64,000 nucleotides of DNA from Limnothrix sp. BL-A-16 (GTDB lineage: Bacteria; Cyanobacteriota; Cyanobacteriia; CACIAM-69d): positions 4,256,001-4,320,000 of the forward strand of contig CP166615.1 of NCBI GenBank assembly GCA_041937175.2. The letters run 5' to 3'. How positions within the stretch are numbered: the first letter of the stretch is position 1; each line of letters begins with the position of its first letter. Under the pieces are notes generated by a model that ran no database searches, was not told the origin of the DNA, and saw nothing but the letters and a program-made list of their open reading frames with translations. Shown in pieces: positions 44,292 to 54,359 of this stretch. The translations under genes and the position numbers were made by a program.

Positions 44292-45158
44292 ATGACTGCG
44301 CGCCTGCTGGACGGAAAAGCCCTTGCCGAGAAAATTCAAGATCGCCTGAAGGTGGAGATTGCGGAACTCCAGCCCGATCGGGGCCGTGCGCCGGGCCTAG
44401 CCGTGTTGATGGTCGGGGACAATCCCGCCAGCGCCGCCTATGTTCGCAACAAAGAACGGGCCTGCGAGCGTTTGGGTATGGTCTCCTTTGGTCAGCATCT
44501 GCCCGCCACGGCCACCCAAGCCGAACTAACCGCCATTATTCATCAGCTCAACGCCGATCCGAACGTGGATGGCATTTTGGTGCAACTGCCTTTGCCGGAA
44601 GGGCTGGATGGCAACGCCCTGCTGTTGGAAATTGACCCCGATAAAGATGCCGATGGGTTGCACCCGGCTAATTTGGGGCGGTTGGTGCGGGGTGAGCCTG
44701 GCCTGCGCAGTTGTACCCCGGCCGGCGTGATGGAAATTTTGCGAGATGGGGGCATTGATCCGGCTGGCAAAAAAGCCGTGGTGGTCGGCCGCAGCATTTT
44801 GGTGGGCAAACCGATCGCCCTGATGCTGTTGGAAGCCAACGCCACGGTTACGATCGCCCATTCGCGCACTCCGGACTTGGCGGCCGTTTGCCGAGAAGCC
44901 GATATTTTAGTGGCGGCGGTGGGACGGCCCCTGATGATTGGCCCTGACTACATCAAGCCTGGCGCGACGGTGATTGATGTGGGGATTAATCGGATTACCG
45001 ATCAGACCGGCAAGAGCAAGCTGGTGGGAGATGTGGATTTCGATCGCCTGTTGGATGTGGCCGGCGCAATCACGCCGGTTCCGGGTGGTGTGGGGCCCAT
45101 GACGGTGACCATGCTGCTGGCCAACACCGTGGAGAGCTATCGTCGCCGCCTGGCCTAG
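44292..45158 (+). CDS. folD: Bifunctional methylenetetrahydrofolate dehydrogenase/cyclohydrolase
   Basis: [44 protein letters not shown]. Confidence 0.97.
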   Translation: MTARLLDGKALAEKIQDRLKVEIAELQPDRGRAPGLAVLMVGDNPASAAYVRNKERACERLGMVSFGQHLPATATQAELTAIIHQLNADPNVDGILVQLPLPEGLDGNALLLEIDPDKDADGLHPANLGRLVRGEPGLRSCTPAGVMEILRDGGIDPAGKKAVVVGRSILVGKPIALMLLEANATVTIAHSRTPDLAAVCREADILVAAVGRPLMIGPDYIKPGATVIDVGINRITDQTGKSKLVGDVDFDRLLDVAGAITPVPGGVGPMTVTMLLANTVESYRRRLA

Positions 45159-45674
45159 CTGTCCCGACTAATTGTCCCGATCGCGCTCAGGGAATCTTCT
45201 GCATCTGAATGCCCTGGATCGGGATGCTCTGGATCGGGGCTTTCTTCATCCAACCGGCTGGGTTGAGATTCCCTTTGTCCAGTCGGCTGGATTGAACCGG
45301 CTGAGGATCTTTAGAAATGGGTCAGAGATTCTCTCGATCGCTGCGGTGGATCCAGACGGAATAGATTGATGAGTATCAGTTCAAGGATGGTTTGCAAAGG
45401 TTCACAAAACCTCTGGAATTGGCTGGAAATTCGCTCGAAATCAGCCCTAAATTCACTCAAAATCTGACTGAATCTGATCAGAATCCGGTCTGTCCCCTCG
45501 GGGCGATCCCCTCAGGCGGTACAATGCCCCTCAAACCAACTTCTGACGGTGGTGGTTGTGGTTCAGCGGTTGTTTTGCTAGGCCAAAAGCGCACCGTAAC
45601 CAGGCCGGATTCCGCCTGTGGCGGCGATCGGGTTCGGTAAGGAAGATTTCTTGCTGTTCTGTTGTGCTTGTCCC

Positions 45675-46592
45675 ATGACCGCTAGCGCGCCTACTGCTCC
45701 CTCGACGGGCTTTGATCTCAAAGGCTATCTTCGCGAACGTCAAGCTTTGGTTGAGGCCGCCCTCGATCGATCGATCTCGGTGGTCTATCCCGAAACCGTT
45801 TATGAGTCGATGCGCTATTCCCTGATGGCGGGGGGCAAGCGGCTGCGACCGATTCTGTGTTTGGCGGCCTGTGAGCTGGTGGGCGGGGCGATCGAATCGG
45901 CCATGCCCACGGCCTGTGCCCTGGAGATGGTTCACACCATGTCACTGATTCATGACGATTTGCCGTCCATGGATAACGACGATTTTCGGCGCGGCAAACC
46001 CACGAACCACAAAGTTTATGGGGAACCGGTGGCGATTTTGGCCGGGGATGGGCTGTTGGCCTATGCCTTTGAATTTGTGGCAACTCAAACCCAAGGTGTG
46101 CCGGCCGATCGAGTGGTGCGGGCGATCGCCCTGCTAGGAAAATCCGTTGGGGCCGCCGGCCTGGTGGGTGGTCAAGTGGTAGACCTGGCCAGCGAAGGCA
46201 ACCCGAACATTTCCCTCGACACCCTGCACTTTATCCATCGCCACAAAACCGCAGCCCTGTTGGAAGCCTGTGTGACCACCGGGGCCACGATTGCCGGAGC
46301 CGATGAAGCCACCGTGGGCAAACTGGCGCAATATGCCCAGGACATTGGTTTAGCTTTCCAGATTGTGGATGACATCCTCGATGTGACTGCCACCACGGAG
46401 GAGCTGGGCAAAACCGCCGGGAAGGACACCGCCGTGGAAAAAGCCACTTTCCCGAAACTCTACGGCTTGGATCGATCGCGCGAAATGGCCAAAGAATTGA
46501 TCGATCGCGCCAAGGCCAGCTTGAACGAATTCGGCACGGCCGCTGCCCCCTTGCAAGCCCTGGCTGATTACATCGTCAGCCGCAAAAACTAG
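45675..46592 (+). CDS. crtE: Geranylgeranyl diphosphate synthase
   Basis: [42 protein letters not shown]. Confidence 0.95.
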   Translation: MTASAPTAPSTGFDLKGYLRERQALVEAALDRSISVVYPETVYESMRYSLMAGGKRLRPILCLAACELVGGAIESAMPTACALEMVHTMSLIHDDLPSMDNDDFRRGKPTNHKVYGEPVAILAGDGLLAYAFEFVATQTQGVPADRVVRAIALLGKSVGAAGLVGGQVVDLASEGNPNISLDTLHFIHRHKTAALLEACVTTGATIAGADEATVGKLAQYAQDIGLAFQIVDDILDVTATTEELGKTAGKDTAVEKATFPKLYGLDRSREMAKELIDRAKASLNEFGTAAAPLQALADYIVSRKN

Positions 46593-46638
46593 CAACCACG
46601 AGGGCGATCGGCACCGGTTTTCCCGCCCGACTTGGTAG

Positions 46639-46660
46639 ACAAGGGGCTTAAGCCCCTTGC
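46639..46660. repeat. Dispersed palindrome copy
   Basis: ACAAGGGGCTTAAGCCCCTTGC. Confidence 0.85.
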
Positions 46661-46753
46661 CCCCGTCGGATTAGCCCCCTGGCTTGTCGGATTTGCTCCT
46701 CGCGATCGCTTCCTCACCCACCGTCCCCAACTCGATCGCCCCCCGCTCGACCC

Positions 46754-47212
46754 ATGGACGACTTTAGCCACATTCTCGATAACCGCATTCTCCTGGTCTC
46801 CTTGGGGTCTTGCATCCTGGCCCAGGCCATCAAGCTGGTGGTGGAACTTGCTCGCCAGCGGAAATTTGACGTGCGCACCCTGGTGACCACGGGTGGGATG
46901 CCCAGTGCCCACTCCGCCCTCGTGGCCGCCCTGGCCACGGGCATTGGCCAAACCGTGGGCTGGAGCAGCATTGAATTTGCCATGGCCACCATCTTCGCGA
47001 TCATCGTCATGTACGATGCCGCCGGGGTGCGCCGAGCCGCCGGTAAACAGGCCGCCGTCTTGAACCAAATCATTGATGAGTTTTTTGAAGGCGATCACCA
47101 ACTCAGTGAAGAACGCCTGAAGGAACTGCTGGGCCACACGCCGTTTCAGGTGATTGTGGGCTGCGCCTTGGGCATTGTCTGCTCCCTATCGTTGGTTCCC
47201 AGTATTTCCTAA
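46754..47212 (+). CDS. Divergent PAP2 family protein (DUF212)
   Basis: TGGMPSAHSA, VMYDAAGVRRAAG, LKELLGHTP. Confidence 0.93.
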   Translation: MDDFSHILDNRILLVSLGSCILAQAIKLVVELARQRKFDVRTLVTTGGMPSAHSALVAALATGIGQTVGWSSIEFAMATIFAIIVMYDAAGVRRAAGKQAAVLNQIIDEFFEGDHQLSEERLKELLGHTPFQVIVGCALGIVCSLSLVPSIS

Positions 47213-47228
47213 GTCAAGACAGATCCGG

Positions 47229-47256
47229 GTAGGGGCGTACGGCCGTACGCCCCTAC
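47229..47256. repeat. REP-like GTAG palindrome
   Basis: Perfect 28-bp palindrome GTAGGGGCGTACGGCCGTACGCCCCTAC. Confidence 0.88.
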
Positions 47257-47381
47257 CTACAAGGTTGGTTCTATGTCCCATCGGATCGATCGAGCAAGGG
47301 GCCTCGGGGCGATCGCCAAAACCCGGTACAATAGCTCGGTTAATCTCTTCACGGTGTTCTGGCAACATCGCAACGACGGGC

Positions 47382-48677
47382 ATGATCGACCGCTACACGC
47401 TGCCTGAGATGGGCAATCTCTGGACGGACGCATACAAGCTACAGACCTGGCTGCAAGTGGAAATTGCAGTCTGCGAAGCCCAAGCAGAACTGGGATACAT
47501 CCCTGCCGAAGCCGTCGAAGAGATCAAAGCGAAAGCTAACTTTGACCCCCAGCGCGTTCTGGAAATTGAAGCGGAAGTGCATCACGACATGATCGCCTTC
47601 CTGACCAATGTGAATGAGTACGTGGGCGACGCGGGTCGCTACATTCACTTGGGCTTAACCAGTTCCGACGTGTTGGACACGGCGTTGGCCCTGCAATTGG
47701 TGGCCAGCATCGATACGCTGCTGAAGCGGGTGGAATCGCTGATCCAAGCCCTGCGCTACCAAGCCCAGGAACACCGCAACACGATTTGTATTGGCCGCAG
47801 CCACGGGATCCACGCGGAGCCGATGACCTTTGGTTTCAAGCTGGCGGGCTGGCTGGCGGAAATGTTGCGCAACCGCGATCGGCTCGTGCAATTGCGCGAT
47901 CGGGTGGCTGTGGGTAAAATTTCCGGCGCAGTGGGAACCTATGCCAACATTGATCCGCGTGTGGAATCCTTGGCCTGTAAGCTGCTGAGTCTGGAACCGG
48001 ACACGGCTTCCACTCAGGTGATTTCGCGCGATCGCCATGCGGAATATGTGCAGACCTTCGCGCTGGTGGCCGCTTCCCTGGAGCGGTTCGCCGTGGAAAT
48101 CCGCAACCTGCAACGCACCGACGTGCTGGAAGTGGAGGAATTTTTCGCCAAGGGTCAAAAAGGCTCCTCGGCCATGCCCCACAAACGCAACCCGGTGCGA
48201 TCGGAGCGAATTACCGGGATGGCAAGGGTGATTCGCGGCCATGCCGTGGCGGCCCTGGAAAACGTGGCCCTCTGGCATGAGCGGGATATTTCCCACAGTT
48301 CCGTGGAGCGGACAATTCTGCCCGACTCGTCCATTTTGCTGCACTTTATGGTGGTGGAAATGACCAATTTGGTGAAAAACCTGTTGGTTTATCCCGAAAA
48401 CATGAAGCGCAACATGAACTGCTATGGCGGTGTGGTTTTCAGCCAAAAGGTGCTGTTGGCCTTGGTGAAAAAAGGCTTGACCCGCGAGGATGCCTACGCG
48501 GCTGTGCAGGGCTGTGCGCACCAAGCTTGGAACAATGAAAGTGGCGATTTCTATAAGCTTATTTGCCAAGATGCCACGGTGAAATCTCTCCTGTCCCAAG
48601 AGGAAATTGATGAGTGCTTTGATCCGCAACAGCACTTGCGCAATTTGGATGTGATTTACCAACGTTTGGGCATCTAA
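47382..48677 (+). CDS. purB: Adenylosuccinate lyase
   Basis: MIDRY, HLGLTSSD, GRSHGIHAEP, GSSAMPHKRNP, WHERDISHSS. Confidence 0.97.
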   Translation: MIDRYTLPEMGNLWTDAYKLQTWLQVEIAVCEAQAELGYIPAEAVEEIKAKANFDPQRVLEIEAEVHHDMIAFLTNVNEYVGDAGRYIHLGLTSSDVLDTALALQLVASIDTLLKRVESLIQALRYQAQEHRNTICIGRSHGIHAEPMTFGFKLAGWLAEMLRNRDRLVQLRDRVAVGKISGAVGTYANIDPRVESLACKLLSLEPDTASTQVISRDRHAEYVQTFALVAASLERFAVEIRNLQRTDVLEVEEFFAKGQKGSSAMPHKRNPVRSERITGMARVIRGHAVAALENVALWHERDISHSSVERTILPDSSILLHFMVVEMTNLVKNLLVYPENMKRNMNCYGGVVFSQKVLLALVKKGLTREDAYAAVQGCAHQAWNNESGDFYKLICQDATVKSLLSQEEIDECFDPQQHLRNLDVIYQRLGI

Positions 48678-48776
48678 ATTTCCATTTGAAAACGTTGAAC
48701 CCAATCGATCGAGACCATTGCCTACCGGCTCCGGTCTCGATTTTGGTTTGGGCAATTTTCAACGCGATCGCCCATC

Positions 48777-49493
48777 ATGGAATCGATCGCGTTGAAGTTG
48801 GGGGGCGCAATGGATCTGGAAAGTTGGTTAACCTACGGGGCCATGGGATTAGCGGCGGCAATTGCGCCGGTTTGGTGGTTTGTGGCCACCTCGGCGGGAA
48901 CCCAGTCCGCCGCGATCGTGGCGGCGGGTTTGGGCGGGGCGATCGCGCTGTTGGTGTTGCTGTGGTGGTGGATGCAGCGGCGGCGATCGGCTAGCTACGG
49001 GTCGTATTCTTTGAATTACCGTTCGAGTTCTTCTGGATCGAGCCGATCGGCCCTTCAAAACCCGATCGATTCCCGGCCCCTTAATCAGGATCAGGTGATT
49101 GATGCGGTGGGCGAGGCGGCTGAGATTGTGGTGAATGAGGCGATCGAAGAGTTGGCTGAAATTGCGAGCCAGCAAATTCAGGATTGGATTGAGGAGAAGA
49201 CCGCCGAACCGGAACCGATCGCGGCGGAGTCGGGCAATTTTGCAGATATTTTTGAGGCGGCGGAATCAGCGGCTGATCATGGCGGGGCGATCGAGCCTGA
49301 CAGCTCCAGCGACTATTACAGCAGTGATTCTAGTTGGAGTTCCAGCGACTATTCAAGTGATAGTTCGAGTGATTATTCCAGCAGTTCCAGTGATTACTCC
49401 AGTAGTGATTCCGGCTGGAGTTCTAGTGACAGTTCCAGCGACTATTCCAGCAGTGACTCCGGTAGTGATTCCGGCTGGAGTTCTAGCGATTAA
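48777..49493 (+). CDS. Hypothetical membrane protein with Ser/Asp-rich tail
   Basis: Two N-terminal TM segments, acidic middle, C-terminal SSSDY/SSDSGW repeats. Confidence 0.75.
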   Translation: MESIALKLGGAMDLESWLTYGAMGLAAAIAPVWWFVATSAGTQSAAIVAAGLGGAIALLVLLWWWMQRRRSASYGSYSLNYRSSSSGSSRSALQNPIDSRPLNQDQVIDAVGEAAEIVVNEAIEELAEIASQQIQDWIEEKTAEPEPIAAESGNFADIFEAAESAADHGGAIEPDSSSDYYSSDSSWSSSDYSSDSSSDYSSSSSDYSSSDSGWSSSDSSSDYSSSDSGSDSGWSSSD

Positions 49494-49588
49494 TGCTGAT
49501 CTAAATCGATCAACTTTCTCGAAATTTGTGATGGAAAATTGTGAAAGAAAACTGATAACAATCCAAGCCCACAAAAAATGATTTTTGG

Positions 49589-49616
49589 GTAGGGGCGCAA
49601 GGTGCTGCGCCCTCCG
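49589..49616. repeat. REP-like GTAG element (variant)
   Basis: GTAGGGGCGCAAGGTGCTGCGCCCTCCG; same ends as the REP at 63717. Confidence 0.7.
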
Positions 49617-49643
49617 CGAATGTTGATTCGTTGATGCCCGATC

Positions 49644-49680
49644 AAAAACCCCCGCGATCGCACTAGTTGATCGCAGGGGT
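49644..49680 (-). terminator. Rho-independent terminator of htpG
   Basis: Minus strand: ACCCCTGCGATC...GATCGCGGGGG TTTTT. Confidence 0.7.
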
Positions 49681-49704
49681 GATTGGTCTGACGAGAAACC
49701 GAAT

Positions 49705-51681
49705 CTATTGCTTCGTCAGTTGGGTTAGCACTTGGTTCGATCGCGACACAAAGGACTTCATCCCCTCCGCGTCAAAACCCTTTTGCGCCATCAATGCCAG
49801 GTCGTAGATGTGGTTGCAAAGCATCTTGCCCAGTTCCGAGGCAGGCGATTGGCTGCCATCGGCCAGGGCGATCGAGCCGCCGCTCACGTTCAGCAGGTTT
49901 TCCACCAACGGGTGCGACGAGTTCACCAGCAACACATGGGTATCGGGGAAGCTAGCGGCCTTGCCTTCAAACATGGCCGTCATATCTTGAATGCGGCGCA
50001 TTGCTTCCGGCAACAAAACCATAGCAGGCGGTGCCGATTCTTCCGCTTTCAGGGCTTCCACGCGCACCGTGACGCTCGGTTTGCCCAGGGCTTCTTCAAA
50101 CAGCTTCTTGATCCGATCGCTGCGGGTTTCGTTGGTGTTGGGGTCAACAATTTCCGACTCTTTCTTGGAAGAATCCAGCAGTGCTTCATCAATTTCTGAA
50201 TCCACCCGCGAGAACTTTACGTCGGAATATTCCCGCTCCAGGAAGCTGACAAAATGCGTGTCGATGAATGAGTCGAGGAATAGCACTTCTAGACCCTGGC
50301 TCTTGTGCAATTCCACATAGGTGGCCTGCGAAGCCGGATCGGTGCAATAGAACACGCGGTTTTCGTGTTTTTCCTGGTTCCGTTCTAGGTATTCCTTCAG
50401 GGTGGTGTAGTAGAACCCATTGGCATCTTTGGCTTCTTGGGTGTCGGCGGGGTTCGACCAAGCATCGCCCTCTTCCGTTTGCACTTCCACCTGCACCGCA
50501 TCGCTACCGCTGCCCAATTCCGCCGTGGTGCGATAGATCAAGATCTCTTCCACTTGCTTCTTAAACTTGTCATCGTTCAAGGAGCCAAACTTCACAAACG
50601 TGCCCAAATCTTGCCAGCAGCGGATGTATTCGGGCTTGTCGCTGCGGTAGAGATCCTTCAGTTGGTCGCCGACTTTTTTGGCGATGTAGTTGGCAATTTG
50701 GCGAACGGTGCGATCGGCTTGCAAATAGCTACGCGACACGTTCAAGGGGATGTCGGTGCTGTCGATTACACCGCGCAGGGGCAACAGGAATTTGGGGATA
50801 ACTTCTTCGCAGTTATCGCTGACAAACACCTGATTGCAGAATAGTTTGATGTCGCCCTTGGTGGGGTCAACGTCCGGCTTCAGTTTCGGGAAATAGAGAA
50901 TCCCATTGATCACAAAGGGATAGTCGGTGTTCAGATGAATCCACAACAGCGGTTCATCTTGGAAGGGGTAAAGGTAGCGATAAAACTCGAGGTAGTCGTC
51001 CTTGGTTAGGTTGCTGGGTGACTCTTTCCAAGGGGCTTTTTGGCGGTTAACTTGTTCCCCATTCAGTTCGATCGGGTAGGGCATGAAGTCGCAGAACTTC
51101 TTCACCAAACCGCGAATCCGCGCTTCTTCTAAATACTCGGCTTCTTCCTCAAGCAGGGTGAGGGTAATCGTCGTGCCGCGCTCGGTGCGATCGCTCGTGT
51201 CGATTTCAAATTCCGTGGAACCGTCGCAAGTCCAGTGAACAGCCTGCGCACCCTCCTGGTAAGACAGGGTATCGATTTCCACGGTGCTGGAGACCATGAA
51301 CGCCGAATAGAAACCCAAGCCAAAGTGACCAATGATATTCTGATCAGAATTCTTGAATTTCTCGACGAATTCTTCGGCGCTGGAGAAGGCGACTTGGTTG
51401 ATATATTTCTCGATTTCCTCAGCGGTCATGCCGATGCCGGTGTCGGTAATCGAGAGTTTCTTATTGTCTTTGTCGATTGCGATCGTGATTTTCGGTTCAC
51501 CCACATCGGCGCTGGTTTCGCCCATCATGGCGATCGCCCGCAGCTTAGAAATCGCATCCACGGCGTTGGAAATCAACTCCCGCAGAAAGATTTCATGCTC
51601 CGAGTAAAGCCACTTTTTGATAATCGGAAAAATATTTTCGGTGTGAACCGTGATATTGCCTTTCTTTAGCACGCTGCTCAT
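49705..51681 (-). CDS. htpG: Hsp90 chaperone HtpG
   Basis: EIFLRELISNAVDA, DTGIGMT, IGHFGLGFYSAF, DIPLNVSRS. Confidence 0.97.
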   Translation of the reverse strand: MSSVLKKGNITVHTENIFPIIKKWLYSEHEIFLRELISNAVDAISKLRAIAMMGETSADVGEPKITIAIDKDNKKLSITDTGIGMTAEEIEKYINQVAFSSAEEFVEKFKNSDQNIIGHFGLGFYSAFMVSSTVEIDTLSYQEGAQAVHWTCDGSTEFEIDTSDRTERGTTITLTLLEEEAEYLEEARIRGLVKKFCDFMPYPIELNGEQVNRQKAPWKESPSNLTKDDYLEFYRYLYPFQDEPLLWIHLNTDYPFVINGILYFPKLKPDVDPTKGDIKLFCNQVFVSDNCEEVIPKFLLPLRGVIDSTDIPLNVSRSYLQADRTVRQIANYIAKKVGDQLKDLYRSDKPEYIRCWQDLGTFVKFGSLNDDKFKKQVEEILIYRTTAELGSGSDAVQVEVQTEEGDAWSNPADTQEAKDANGFYYTTLKEYLERNQEKHENRVFYCTDPASQATYVELHKSQGLEVLFLDSFIDTHFVSFLEREYSDVKFSRVDSEIDEALLDSSKKESEIVDPNTNETRSDRIKKLFEEALGKPSVTVRVEALKAEESAPPAMVLLPEAMRRIQDMTAMFEGKAASFPDTHVLLVNSSHPLVENLLNVSGGSIALADGSQSPASELGKMLCNHIYDLALMAQKGFDAEGMKSFVSRSNQVLTQLTKQ

Positions 51682-51775
51682 AGGAAACGGCTGGTTGGTG
51701 TAGGGAATTGGGACGGCCCTAGGCTAGCGCGATCGCCCCGTGATCTGAAATTTCGGATTTCCCTACCCGTCCGGT

Positions 51776-52894
51776 TTAGGGGCTGGTTTGGGCGATCGCC
51801 TCGCGGATCAATTGCGCCGTCGCCGGAGCCAGCAGCACGCCGTTGCGATAGTGACCGGTGGCGAGCCAACTGTTGGCGTTCAGCGGTTCAATCACCGGAG
51901 CCGATCGCTCCACGGGGCGGGGCCGCAAACCCGACCAGGTTTCGATGATTTCCGCCTGGGCCAGGGCAGGAACCAGGCCGATCGCCCCTTGCCGCACCAA
52001 TGCCCACTCGGCCCCGTTGGCAACCACCGGCTCGGCCCCGGCGGGAAACTCCACCGTCGCCCCCACCCAATAGTCCCCGCCACCGAGGGGCACGATATGA
52101 ATATCGTTGCCGGTCAGCACGGGTTCCGGGCGATCGCTCAGGGGGCGCGGCAACCGCAACCGCTGGGCTTGACCCAACACCGGCTGCAACTTCAGGGGCT
52201 TGGCTGCTCCCGGGGCGATCGCCTGGGCTAATGCTGCCGACCCCAACCCAGCCGCCACCACCAGCCGATCGCAAGCCAGCTCCCCTGCCGTGGTGGTCAG
52301 GCTAACAACGCGATCGCCCACCGTCTGCACGTTCGTGACCTGGGCTGGGGCGATCGTGGCTCCCCGTTTCACCGCCGCTTCTCGCAGGGCGATCGTCAAG
52401 GCCAGGGGATGCACCTGCCAATCCTGGGGCGAAAACACCCCAAACGCCACCCCATCCATGGCGGCTAAATTCACCGATGGGAACCGATCGCCCACCGCTG
52501 AAGGTGACAGCAACTCTAGCGAGAATCCCTGGGATTTCCGTAGTTCTGCCAGCCCTTCCCATCCGGGGCGATCAGCTTCGTTAAAAACCAGTTTCAGGAT
52601 GCCGTTTGGATTGTGGGGAATCGGGCGATCGAGCAGAGTTTCTAGTTCTTGAATCAGGTGTGGATAGCGTTGAATACTGTTGCAACGCAGCTTCCAAGCC
52701 CGCCCCTTGGTTTTCTTGCTGATCGCGCCCATCAACACCCCCAGGGCGGCTCCTGTAGAAGTGGGGCGATCGGGGGGCAACGGCGAGGCGATCGCCTGAG
52801 GGTCAATCAGCGTAATTTGCCAGTCGGGCTGCCCGCTCAGTTCGTAGGCAATCATTGCCCCGACAATACCCCCACCCGCGATCGCAATCTTCAT
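51776..52894 (-). CDS. FAD-dependent oxidoreductase (DAO/glycine-oxidase-like)
   Basis: IAGGGIVG, WSGLRPRP, ATGHYRNGVLLAP. Confidence 0.9.
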   Translation of the reverse strand: MKIAIAGGGIVGAMIAYELSGQPDWQITLIDPQAIASPLPPDRPTSTGAALGVLMGAISKKTKGRAWKLRCNSIQRYPHLIQELETLLDRPIPHNPNGILKLVFNEADRPGWEGLAELRKSQGFSLELLSPSAVGDRFPSVNLAAMDGVAFGVFSPQDWQVHPLALTIALREAAVKRGATIAPAQVTNVQTVGDRVVSLTTTAGELACDRLVVAAGLGSAALAQAIAPGAAKPLKLQPVLGQAQRLRLPRPLSDRPEPVLTGNDIHIVPLGGGDYWVGATVEFPAGAEPVVANGAEWALVRQGAIGLVPALAQAEIIETWSGLRPRPVERSAPVIEPLNANSWLATGHYRNGVLLAPATAQLIREAIAQTSP

Positions 52895-53011
52895 GCGTCA
52901 GCCCTGACAATTCCATTACAATATTTTTATCTCAGGTCACTGCCAAATAACTGAAAATTGCTTCTCAAATTCAAATTCCTGAATTAATTCTTGGGTAAAG
53001 GCTAATTTGAA

Positions 53012-53362
53012 ATGCTAAAAATAACAGAAGCCAGACAACAAAAGTCTCAGCAGGTTTGTAGTAAAGCTCAAGTTTTGACATTGCTACAAGAGCATCAGCA
53101 GGAACTAGAGCGGCTGGGGGTAGACCGCTGCGGTGTTTTTGGTTCCTTTGCGCGAGATCGTGAAATTCATGATGCGAGTGATGTTGATATTTTGGTGACC
53201 TTTAAGCCGGAGCAAAAAACGTTTGACAACTTTATGGCGTTATCTTTCTTCTTGGAAGATCTATTCGGAAGGGCGATCGATTTAGTAACCATCGAATCGC
53301 TCAGTCCCTATATTGGCCCTCGCATCTTGGAAGAAGTTGAATATGTCTCGTTCTGCTCGTGA
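53012..53362 (+). CDS. mntA: MntA-type minimal nucleotidyltransferase antitoxin
   Basis: VFGSFAR...SDVDILV, LEDLFGRAIDLV. Confidence 0.88.
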   Translation: MLKITEARQQKSQQVCSKAQVLTLLQEHQQELERLGVDRCGVFGSFARDREIHDASDVDILVTFKPEQKTFDNFMALSFFLEDLFGRAIDLVTIESLSPYIGPRILEEVEYVSFCS

Positions 53363-53684
53363 ATACTTACAGCATATTATTGATGAAACAAGCTATCTAA
53401 TCTTAACCTCGCAAGGTCTCAGTCAAGATGAATTCACCCAAAATGAGACATTAAAGCGAGCTTATGCACGTAGCCTTGAAATTATTGGTGAAGCAGTCAA
53501 GTATTTGCCGGATGAAGTCCGTCAGCAGCATTCAGGTATTGATTGGCGAGCAATTGCGGGAATGCGCGATCGCTTGATTCACCATTACTTTGGAATTGAT
53601 TATGATATTGTTTGGGATGTCGTGATCAATAAAGTGCCTCAGTTAGACGCAGAAATTCGGGAAATTCTGAATGATATTTCCTGA
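53343..53684 (+). CDS. hepT: HepT/DUF86 HEPN RNase toxin
   Basis: LEIIGEA, MRDRLIHHYF (RX4HXY); overlaps mntA. Confidence 0.9.
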   Translation: MSRSAREYLQHIIDETSYLILTSQGLSQDEFTQNETLKRAYARSLEIIGEAVKYLPDEVRQQHSGIDWRAIAGMRDRLIHHYFGIDYDIVWDVVINKVPQLDAEIREILNDIS

Positions 53685-53742
53685 TCGACTAACTTCTAAA
53701 AACTTTTGCTGCCAATCCCTATACTTCAAAATCTAATATCCT

Positions 53743-53782
53743 AAAAAACTGCCCTTCGATCGCGCAAATTAGATCGAAGGGC
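53743..53782 (-). terminator. Rho-independent terminator of psbQ
   Basis: GCCCTTCGATC...GATCGAAGGGC followed by AGTTTTTT on the minus strand. Confidence 0.72.
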
Positions 53783-53813
53783 TGATTGACAAACTATTTA
53801 CAGAAACGGGCTA

Positions 53814-54251
53814 CTAGGGGACAACGCTCAGGAACTGATCGAAAGCCTTCACAGCAGCCAAATATTCATTGCCAGCGCGCTTGTAGTCAAACTCACCGGC
53901 AAATTCATCCATTGCCACCAGATGCTTAAACAGATCCTTGGCGGCGGCTTCGGCGGTGGCGCGATCGCTGCCCTTTAACCGGCGGCTGACGCGGCTCAAC
54001 CGTTCACGCAACTCGCCCAAGGGGCCATGAACAAAGGTTTGGATTTCGCGCCAACGCTTGTTGGCAATGTAGCCCTCGATCGTTGGTAGCTGATCGCGCA
54101 GGTCTTGTACACCGGGTACAAAAATTTCGATTTGGGCTTTTTGGGCACTGGTGTAGGTTTCTGCTTGGGCAGCGGGAGCAAAGCCCAAACCAGCAAAGGC
54201 GATCGTCGCCGCCATCACCAGGGCCAACAGGGCCGAACGGAGTCGAATCAT
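53814..54251 (-). CDS. psbQ: Photosystem II extrinsic protein PsbQ (CyanoQ)
   Basis: TYT..Q...I, W..IQTFVHGPLGELR, A...AKDLF.HL, FD.FL. Confidence 0.88.
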   Translation of the reverse strand: MIRLRSALLALVMAATIAFAGLGFAPAAQAETYTSAQKAQIEIFVPGVQDLRDQLPTIEGYIANKRWREIQTFVHGPLGELRERLSRVSRRLKGSDRATAEAAAKDLFKHLVAMDEFAGEFDYKRAGNEYLAAVKAFDQFLSVVP

Positions 54252-54359
54252 GGGGATCTCGTTAAAAAAGTGCGGGAAAAATCGAATGGTGAACCGGCTT
54301 GCGCCAATTCCGTTGGATCATTGGATTGTAACGATATGTATCGACATCCCACCCACCTG

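Noticed and set aside
54327..54342. NtcA-like site upstream of psbQ (TGTA-N8-TATC)
   Set aside because: The right half-site deviates from TAC; too weak to call without conservation data.
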